This document shows, piece by piece, positions 54,308-64,000 of a stretch of 64,000 nucleotides of DNA (positions are counted from its first letter, which is position 1; every line of letters starts with the position of its first letter). The DNA is from the human T2T-CHM13v2.0 reference genome, Homo sapiens. Location: assembly GCF_009914755.1 (NCBI RefSeq), contig NC_060935.1. One strand, written 5' to 3'. The translations under genes and the position numbers were made by a program. The notes beneath the pieces were generated by a model. The model made no database searches. It was not told the DNA's origin and saw only the letters and a program-made list of their open reading frames with translations.

Positions 54308-54328
54308 GAGAGAGAGATGCATATATAT
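54273..54328. repeat. (GT)n(AT)n(AG)n compound microsatellite
   Basis: Directly visible. Confidence 0.93.
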
Positions 54329-54549
54329 TTGCATGCTTATAATTTTAACTTTAATTCAAAATGATTAAAAATGAACAAATTATGAAGCATTTGCCCATTG
54401 TATCATGTCAGCATTGATCATGTCCTACTTTGTGTTGCTTTTAATTTTCTCCCTCCCTTTTTTCATCTTGATGTCTTTTGTTAGCCATATTTCTAGAAGC
54501 CCCAAGAGCAGGGATCTGCATTTGATATTAGCCCTTAGTGGAAAGAAAG

Positions 54550-54720
54550 CTGACATATACTGAACAACTACTGGGTTCCAGGCATTACGCTAGTGAGGCA
54601 GTGCTCTGAGAAGTGCTATAAAGTAGATAATCATTATGCCCATTTTACAGATTGAGAAATTAAGCTGCAGAGTAGTTAATTTACCTATAGACATGTAGTT
54701 ATACTTGAGCTATTGACCAA
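54550..54720 (-). mobile_element. MIR SINE
   Basis: 'cccattttacagattgagaaattaagctgcagag'. Confidence 0.75.
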
Positions 54721-54981
54721 TCACTGCCAACCCCATCGTCTCACATCGACTCTATCTGTGTGCCTCTTCTACTTTGTGCATTCAAGGTCTCATTTTGTTG
54801 ACTTTGGCTAATTTAATGATATAAATGATAAATAATAGAAATCAGAGTAATATAACATTTTCCTTGTCTCATGACAAACTAAGAGACATGAACACTGATA
54901 CTAACAATTACTTCAGATGTGTATCTGGAATACTTTAAGACTCCAATTCTAAGGCTTGTTTTCTTGTTGTATATGTTTCAG

Positions 54982-55047
54982 GAGAGTAGGGGCTAACTGC
55001 ATCAGTTTCCACATTTGAAGAAGAGATACAAAATAGTTATCTATAAT
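54982..55047 (+). other. Candidate 66-nt internal exon
   Basis: Acceptor ttgttttcttgttgtatatgtttcag|G; branch-like 'ttctaag' upstream; GAAGAAGA ESE; donor AAT|GTAAGT. Confidence 0.45.
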
Positions 55048-56217
55048 GTAAGTGAAATGTGTATTGAAATGGTTAAATTGAAGAAACCAATCTTGGGTTG
55101 GTTTAAGGACACTAAGAGTCATCTCTACCCTTTGCCTTGTAGAGCAAACTGTGCATTTAGAGGGAGCTTAACTAGTAATTCAGAATAACCGCTATTGCAT
55201 ACCATGCATTTAAACTGTGGGGGAATCTAGGTTGCTATGACAATGGAAATATTTTCATTTTCTCCATTTTTAGAGTATAAACACATGAATCCTGAATATT
55301 GCTTTGGTTTGCACTTTATGTTTTCTGACTTCGTGAGAGAAGTGACAGAGACACTAGCCATGCTTCTTCCCAGTGATGCCATAGATTCTGTCTTTCACTC
55401 CAGGCTCCTTGTGGAGGTCCCAGAACTCGGCTTGGCCGTACCTGGGCTTCACTGACATCTTTTCTTTAGGGCGGTCACAGTGAGAGATAAGACACCTTTC
55501 CTACTGTTAATCATTCAAAGAATAACATGTATTTATTTCACCTTGGATTTGAAATCCACATCTCCTTGGGTAAAGAGGATTCCAAGTCAGAGACACCCCA
55601 TGCCCACCTTTAAGATCATAAGGACTGAATTCTGTGAATATTCTGTTGGAGGTTTTTTAGCACTCAGTAAAGGAAAAAAAAGGTTGAAAAAAAAAACAAA
55701 ATAATTGCTAAGCCGAGTCTAGAAATCACCACAGGTTCCCTGGAGCTTTTTATATTAGAGTATCTTCTTCAGGACTCAGTATGTGAATTAAGAGGACCAC
55801 TGAAGAGTCAGCTGTAGCCAGTTCACTTATTTTTTAGTGACCTGGGCCCTGAAACTCTGTATTTGCGTGATAGAAAACACATTGCCTTCTGCTTGACTAG
55901 ACTAGGAACAAAAATTGTTAAGGAAATTAAAAACAAATACTTTTATATATCCTCTCCTTCTATTACGCTGCCGTATGGTTTTTCTTCTCCCTCCCTTACC
56001 CTTCAGTATTGACTGCGTTCCAAGCATGGTGTTGGGAGCTGCAGATAAATTGGTGAATGGGGAAGACGTCTTTTTCTGTCTTCACAGCATCCCAGTCTCT
56101 GGGGAAGGCAAATGAGTAAACAGGAAATTATACTATGGTACTAAGCCTTCTCTTAGAGGGCAAGGGGAACACTTCTGGTGTGGGGTTGGGAGAATCTGGG
56201 GGATTACTAAGGTTGGG

Positions 56218-56576
56218 TGTCTTAGATCATTTGGGCTGCTATAACCAAAATACCATAAACTAAGTAGGCTATAAATAACAGAAATTTATTTCTCACAGTC
56301 CTGGAGGCTGGTAAGTCCAAGGTCAAGGCACTGGCAGATTCGTTATCTAGTGAGAGTCCATTTCCTAGCTCATGGACAATGTCATCTCCTTGTGTTTCTA
56401 TATGGTAGAAGGGGCAAGGCAGCTCTCTGGTGCCTCTTTTGTAAGGCACTAACCCCACTCATGAGACTCTACCCTCATGATTTAATCACCTCCTAAAGGT
56501 CCCACCTGTTAGTACCACCTTGGGGTTAGATTCAACACATACATCTTTGGGGAAGACAAATATTCAGATCATAGCA
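56218..56576 (-). mobile_element. MLT1A-like MaLR solo LTR
   Basis: tgtcttag..gggctgctataac..tttctcacagt..ggaggctgg..aaatattcagatcatagca; perfect TSD ttggg at 56213-56217 and 56577-56581. Confidence 0.93.
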
Positions 56577-58769
56577 TTGGGGAAAGGGCAGGACGCTCCA
56601 GACCTCTTTTTCCCTTCCTTCCTTTCTACCTTGGCCTTTTCAAGTCCATCATTTCTTGATGTTTTTTGAACTTAACTTTAACATTTGTCCCAGCTAAAAT
56701 TATGGCTTCAATAATTACTTTTTATTATTGAACATAGGATACAATTTGTAATATTTTCCTCCAAGACTTTGACTTGCAAGGAGATTTATCTTAGGTTCTA
56801 AATGCCTCTTTTAAAGGAATACCAACTAGTGTTTCATTAAGGGAAAAAGACATTTCTCTTCGAAATTCATTGAAGTAGCTCTCTGAGCCATTCATATGGT
56901 TTATTTCATTCTCTAGTTTGAGAACCTGGCCTCACTATGAAAAAGTGTCTAAATACCCTCGACAATGTATTTTCTCTTTAGTATGGGCAGGAGCTGAGGA
57001 AGTGTCTTCAGGACCAAAATGCTATTTATTCCGTGTTTGACACGTACAAATCCTCTTTGATAAAATGTCATTAGGGAGGCATATTGAGCTGTGTGGCCTC
57101 AGTTGATAGGTACTTTTCAGCTTTTATCACTGTCTGTGTCAGAAAATTAAGTGTAATCTAGGGTGTTTTCATTCCTTTTATTAATTCTAGCGGGTATATT
57201 TTATATTAGGGAATTTAGTAGAACATTTTGCCTTTGAGAAACACACGTCCCTTTCCACTCTAACAGCCTCAGCCTTCTCAGTCTGGAGTGTCTGTGGCTG
57301 AAAAAGCCTTTTTGCCCATCCTCGAGTAGCAAGCTCTCTGCTCAGGGATGGCAGAAATTGCAGAGACTAATTCCTTGTTCCATTTTGTAGAGAGAGTGTT
57401 TCTTCTGTTTGTTGGGATGGTGAATATTTGCCAGAAGTTTTATGGAAATGCCATTAGAAAATCTAGGCTTGGTTCTTGGGTGCCTTTTCCTGATTTCACC
57501 TGATGATCTTCATTCTCTGTGATTCATGCTCCATAATTCTCAGTTAACTCTGGCATATCACCCATGGAGTTACATTCTGTGAGCAAATGGCCCATTAGCA
57601 TGTGTCTGTGTGCTGCTCTGGGCTGATATAAATCTTCTGAAAGAACTTTGGACTTTGCCACTGCTCCAGTCTGGTGTGGAAGGGCATTGAGAGGCTGCCT
57701 GCCTGACACTGCCTTGCCTGTCACGCGGGTGTAGCTTTCTCAATTCCCATCCTGCCGACTTTTGCACCAACTCGCTTATTGAAAATGCTTACTCAAAAAG
57801 AAGCCTATTTGGCATTCATGACTTTATCATGTTCTTTATTATTCAAGACAGAAAAAAATGGGGGCAAAGACAAGTTCTTATTTATTTGTATGTGCCTACA
57901 TTTCTTAAAGATGGAAATGGTGTTGAGATTGCTAATTTTGGGCACATTCTTTCTTGTTCTTAAAGAATTTCTAAGTAAATGCTGAAACCTTTTCCCAGAA
58001 ATCTAATTAGGTAATTAGTTCTGATTAGTTAACTTTAAGCATAAGAAGAGAATGATGGATATGTATTGACTCCGGACAAGGGGAAGGAGACCACAGAAGC
58101 TGGAGGTCTCCTTAGGAACCTGGAAAGAGCACAGAGTTTGGCGGAGGGTCCTTGGGCCAAGAGTGGCAGCTTGGGAACAGTAGCTTTTAGAAGGGAGCAG
58201 CTCCAGGGTTTGGAAGTATGAAAAGAAAAAAAAAAAAGTGGTGGTGGGAAATGATCCCAAAGAAAATGATCTACCAGTTAGACTTCTCACCTCCTATCCA
58301 TTTTTTATATCCTCTGATTTAAGTTGCTGAAACATAGTTTTACCTAGAAGAATATTAAAGGAAAATAAAAAGAAATCTTTAATTCTGTTCTCATCGGAAG
58401 TTATTGCTTATCATTATTTATTTGCTGATACTCTTTTCCTAAGCTAACACCTTAAAATTAAGTAATTCAAATCTGTGAAAATCCTTTATGGAACTGCGTA
58501 AGGCTGTGTCCTTTGCAGGATGACATGTATTAACACTTATTTATTAGGCTCTGGGGAGTTGGTTTTCAGATTGAATGAAGTAGCGCTTTGTCTTGTAGGT
58601 GCACAAATTACTGAAAATTGAGGTTTTTCTTCCTTCAGTGTACATTACCAGCATTATAGGCTTTTAGAGTATTAAAGGAATTTAAGTTATCTGCCCTAAG
58701 TCCTTCAAAAAAAAAAAAAAAACCTAATCAGTTCAGAGAAGGAAAAGGAGAAAGAAAACAAACACTGGT

Positions 58770-58975
58770 CCCAACTCTGTGCTAATAGCTTTCAGTACCT
58801 TATCTCATTTAATCTTAGCCCTGACAGATAGCTATTATCCCCATTTCACATGTGGGGTAACTGATACTCAGAGAGGTTGAGGACCTTGCCCAGGGAAACA
58901 CAGCAAGAGGCAGAGATAGGTTTTGAATTTAAGCCTTTGTACTGCCAATGCCCATACCTTTTCCACTACCCCACA
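58770..58975 (-). mobile_element. MIR SINE
   Basis: 'tatctcatttaatctt..tattatccccatttcaca..ctcagagaggttga..cttgcccagg'. Confidence 0.85.
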
Positions 58976-60719
58976 TTAAAGCCACTCAGCTCCTTAGTGA
59001 TGAAGAGAATGGACCTAGCTGCCTTAACTTCCCTAAACAGAGATCTTTTCCATAGATTATATGACGTACTTTGGAAAAATCTGAACATGTTTGACAATTG
59101 TAACAGAAATTGGTATAGATTTCCTTTTTTTTTTTTAATTTTTAAAAGATAAAAATAATTTTCCTTGAGTCTGTAATTTCAAAATTAACCCCCAACCTTC
59201 CCCATTCTTTGTAAAAGTTTGGTTCTTTGCGTAGATAGAAGCTAATTGAGCTTTGAGACACATCACTAACTTAATTTTAATCTCTGGTTGCTCTTCTATA
59301 TTTACTTCTTTTCCATTCAGATGATAATTATGCAACTGTGGTTACCCTGATTAATGTTTTACATATTTCCCCAGGCATTCATGGAGATTGACTAAAATAT
59401 AAGTTACCATTGGCTTCAGAAAACTTCTGATTGGCATTTAGAAACATGTACAAAACATACCCCTTGGTAAGCAGTGTTCCAACTAACAATTTTCCTCCTT
59501 TTAAGGAAAGGGGAAGAAAAAAGAAACATTTTCAAGGGAGATTTTTGTTGCAGTAAAGGGAGACTATGGTTTGAAGCTATTATTTTTTTCCATTTCAGCC
59601 TTTTACTTTGTATGGGAAAAAATTTAAAATGGATGTATTCAGGTGTTTTTAACATGATGAGCTGGAATGGAATGCAGAATCAGCTCCTTTTCCCTCTTCA
59701 TCTCAAAGGAAAAATATCACATATCTCAAATTGCCTTGGGTCACAACACTATTTATTGAATTATTCAATAGTTTGAACTGGTAGAATTAGAAGATTCATT
59801 AGACTGAAGGTCAAAAGTTAAGTTAAAAACATTTCCTCATAGTTATGATATGACTCGCAATGTTGACAGATTCCAGAAATGCCATAGAAGCTGAGAGATG
59901 CATAGTCTTAATGAGCTAGAAACATTCTTTCGCCTGGCCATTTAGATCCCTGACCACTCAGAAGTGCCCTGAATTCAAATCATTTAGGTCTGTGTTCACA
60001 CCAGCAAGCAAGTATGTAGTGGGTCAGGTAGACACTGGTTCCTTTCACAAAGTATTTAGATGAAAGTGAAAATTATCCTATTGATTTAGTTTTATTCTTC
60101 TAGTTTTATCTACATCTCATGAAAAAGTGAAGCTGGGACATATACTTTGAACAAGCAGAACTTTTTTGCTTTTCAACTGATCTTTATGCTATCTGTTGGA
60201 AGAGCCTTGTAGTTTGAAGTTATAATATGGAAACTGTATTAAGAGGATTTCTCATTAGAAGTTATGGCAAAAGAAAGGGTAATAATAAAACCGTGCATGT
60301 CTAGAGTGCCAAGCTTTCCTGGGCAATACAATATTTACCTACCTTCTTTCTAATTTATTTTTATGTCATGAGTACTTAGTTTTGAGTATCACCATATTCG
60401 AAATGGGAGGAAATAATTTTCAGAATAAAGTCCCAAGAACTCCATTATCTTGACAGCAATGTAGCCACTGTACCCCACTTCCCCTTCCCATTCAGCAGCC
60501 CATCCAGAAAGTTGAGCTTTGAGAAGTTTTCTATTCTACATCCTCTAGGGCCACCCCAAAATTCATTTTCTTGCTGTCTGTTGAAGCTCACTTCTTTTTA
60601 AATGCGTTAAGTTATTAGTGTGGACACTTCAGAAATAATTGATGGTGAGGCATCTGAGGAATCAGATGTCTGCTTACTGTTTTGGCTGTGGTTCCTGTCC
60701 TCTCCATTAAGGCTCTCTT

Positions 60720-62320
60720 TCCAGGTGATTGATGACATCTTGTTGATCTGAACTTTAAGATGCTAAGCTGCCAGAGAGGGTGATGTCTCTCAGCAGCGTT
60801 TGGTACATATGACTACTTCCATCTTCTTAAAATACTTTATATTCTGGACTTCAATTATATTACCTTGCCCTGGTTTTCCTCCCACTTCACTGGCCTTTCT
60901 TTCTCAGTCTCCTTTATTGATCCTCCTACCACCCTCTAAATATTGAGAATGTTTCAGAGCTTGAACTTGGGTCTCCTTCCTTTTTGTCAACATTGTTCTC
61001 TCCCACTAGTGATATCATCTAGTCTACTGGTTTTAAATATCATCTACTGGGGCCAAGTGCAGTGGCTCACACCTGTAATCCCAGCATTTTGGGAGGCAGA
61101 GGCGGGTGTATCACCTGAGGTCAGGAGTTCAAGATCAGTCTGGCCAACATGGTGAAACCTCGTCTCTAATAAAAATACAAAAAAAAAAAAATTGCTGGGC
61201 ATGGTGGCACATGCCTGTAATCCCAGCTACTCAGGAGGCTGAGACAGGAGAATCACTTGAACCCAGGAGGCAGAGGTTGCAGTGAGCCGAGATCGTGCCA
61301 TTGCTCTACAGCCTGGGGGACAAGAGCAAAACTTCACCTCAATAAATAAATAAATAAATAAATATTATATATTGGCTATTCTTAAATCTATATATCCAGT
61401 TGGACTCCCACTTAGATATTTGAGAAATATCATATACATACATGTCTAAACAGAACTAATGTTATTCCACTATACCCCTAAACCCACTTTTACCCCAGTC
61501 TTTCCAATCTCCATAAATGGCACCACCATCCATCCAATTTCTTAGGACCCAAAGTGAGGGGTCATCATCAATTCCTCTCTTTCCCTCATTTTTTACATCA
61601 AATCCATTAGCAAAGCCTGTCTGTTTGACTTCCAAAATATATCCCAAAGCAGGCCACTTCTCGTCATTTTTGTTATTATAACCCCTGTTCAAGCCATCAG
61701 GATCTCTCCCTTGTGTTCCTGCAGCAGCCTCCAAGCCCTGCCTCTAGACTCACACTCTACAGTCCATTCTGCATACTGAGCCAGAGTATTCATCAGGCTG
61801 CCTCACTTCCTTGTGCCATAACACCTTCCAGGGGCTTCCCATGAAGACCAGTGTGACATGTAGACTCCTTACTTTAGCCTCAAGATTCCATGCCTGCAAC
61901 TCTGGTTTCATCTCTTTCCACTGAATCCCTAGTCTCTGGGCCACACTGGCCTTCCCTCTGGACCTTAACCCTCCCCAATATCCCTATGTGCTTCCTTGTC
62001 CTTCATGTCTTCCCTCTGCTGCTTTCTGTCTTCATTTACTCACTCCCCTCCAAGCAGCCATTCCTGACCACCTTAGCTAATGCTGTCCTTCCTCTGCCAC
62101 TCCCCCTTAGGATGATCATATCTCATTTATTTCGTTTTCTTCACAGCATATTTTAGTACTTGAAATGGACTGTTTATATGTTGTATTCTCTGTCTTCTAC
62201 TGCACAAGCTTAAGGTCCTTAAGGGTAGGAAATCTGTCTGTTTCACTGTTATCCCTCCAGTGCCCAGAACAGTGCTTGCAACATAGTTGTTGCAATAAAT
62301 ACTGATTGACTGAGTGACAT
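60720..62320 (+). mobile_element. L2 LINE (~1.3 kb) interrupted by an Alu
   Basis: 'ccctggttttcctcccacttcactggcc', 'aaatggcaccaccatccat', and tail 'ccagtgcccagaacagtgcttgcaacatag..caataaatac'. Confidence 0.85.
61051..61362 (+). mobile_element. Alu SINE (AluS-type) with (TAAA)n tail
   Basis: Full Alu; TSD-like aaatatcatctactgg / aaatattatatattgg. Confidence 0.97.
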
Positions 62321-63049
62321 TTAATATTCTTCATTTGTCTCTTCCCTTCTGTAGCTATTTTGATTTATGTTTTAAAGAGAGAGGTAACAATTTGCTTTGA
62401 TATGCTGGGCTTAGTAAATTGGGTTTGCCCCATTCATCTGAAGAAGCTATGCTGCCAGATCCCATCAATCTTTTAAATGTGACTTTTCTTTTTCTGCCTT
62501 CTTCTACGTGCTGGAAGTGGATTTACTTTATGTTGCAAAACTGTTGTCCCATTTTTTAACCAGTATGTGACAACTCTTGGAATAAGTCTATACTGATTCC
62601 CTTCACTTCTTTCTTAGTTTGGGGGTAGTTTGTGTGAGACTGTACTCTTTTCATTATATGGCCCTATAAGAACTGAGACCAACTCTGTCAAGCAGTCGTT
62701 GTCCTCCATCTCCCTTCTCTGGGATTGCAGAAGGAAAAATCCCTAGCTTATGCATCAAGAAACTCTCTATTATTGATGTTGTAAAGTTCTGCACACATCA
62801 GATGGAGAGGTGATGGAAGGAGCAGCAAAGCTGCTGTAAAATCTTGAAGGGGAAATTGAGGAGGGGGTTACCAGTGTTCATTTTGCCCTGCTCCTTGGGA
62901 GTCACACCTGCATGGAAAGCTCCAAGCAGAGTAGAAATCAAGCACATAAGGCCGAGTGGGCTATGCCAATTTCTGGTTAAGGATTCTCTGTTCCAGCATA
63001 AACTTTGCATTCTCATGACAGAATTAAACTACTGTCTGAGTTCCTAGTA

Positions 63050-63380
63050 AATGCATGACATATTGTGAATTACTAAGTAGTGGTCTTGATAGGTTAGAGG
63101 ACAGGATGGTCAGGGAGATAAATGAGACATGGATCCTATTGCTCAAGGAGCTTCTAATGAATAATATAATATAACCCACATAAAAGGGAGAATATGAGTT
63201 AGGCCAGTAGAAAGAAACAAGCAAAATGTGATGGATATTTAAAGGGGGGAAATCACAAGTAGGTTGAAGGGAGGATGGGAGAGAATGAAGAGGGAAAGCT
63301 GCATGGGAGAGGTGCCGTTTAAGGAGAACATGGGGTGTGGGGTGTGACAACCTGGGGAAAATGTGCCCCAAATGACTGAA
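63050..63380 (-). mobile_element. L2 3' fragment (antisense)
   Basis: 'gataaatgagacatggatcctattgctcaaggagctt'. Confidence 0.55.
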
Positions 63381-64000
63381 ATGTTACGGACAGGGATCCT
63401 CAGGCCATCCTTACTTCTGTTATGCAAGACTTTGAATAGGCCTGTTAAGGGAAGTATTGCCAAGGAAGCTTGCTAGACCTTTTGCAAAATTAAGAACTGT
63501 TGAGCAAAATAAAGTATTCATCTGCAAACCTGCTGTCCAGCTGACAGATGGAGCTCTGGCCAGGAGCCTTGCCCGGTGTTGTGTCTGTCAACAGGGAAAC
63601 TGGGAGAAGCTTACTCCAAGGGGCCTGGAGGACTATGTTTTTTCATAAACAGATTTTTCCTAATAGCACTTTCAACTAGGTTGGCCTTGCTGGGCATCCC
63701 CCATACCACTACTTACCTCACATTTTTCTATAAATCAATCCTCTATTTTACTTAAATGAATCTCGGCCTATTCTAACAATAGTATCTGTGAAATTATGAG
63801 TCTGATCCACCAGTTTTTATGTTTTCCCAAATTTTACACCCCCTGCCATTATCTCATGTATTTTATAAAAGTGATGCCAAATCTGTTTCTGGGGAACTTG
63901 TATCTCTGCCTTTAAAATAGCTTCAACTTTTGGGGAAAAGTAAAATTACTTCTTTAACATCCTTGTAGCAGTCCTATTAAGTCCTTCTGCCTCATCTCCC

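Overview
This is primate (human-like) genomic DNA: Alu, FAM, L1PA and THE1 elements sit on a background of old MIR, L2, MLT and MER repeats. The main functional landmark is a ~2.7 kb CpG island (~15100-17800) that looks like the promoter and non-coding first exon(s) of a + strand gene, with a likely donor AGG|GTGCGT after 15836. About 15 kb of upstream sequence precedes it, and ~48 kb of first intron or 5'-UTR introns follows, with a few candidate short exons. I found no convincing protein-coding exon. The listed ORFs are explained by Alu/L1/LTR sequence, GC-rich composition or chance, and I do not recognise the gene well enough to name it. I see no evidence for a new multi-gene system. The best leads are regulatory or structural: a (CGG)6 tract in exon 1 read as poly-Gly by a possible CUG-initiated uORF; three SOX-OCT composite motifs; a sense-oriented THE1 solo LTR upstream; three identical kB-like sites around the promoter; an old 142-bp tandem duplication; and a cluster of interlocking hairpins. 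Repeat family calls come from recalled consensus motifs, and boundaries are approximate unless a target-site duplication (TSD) is quoted.
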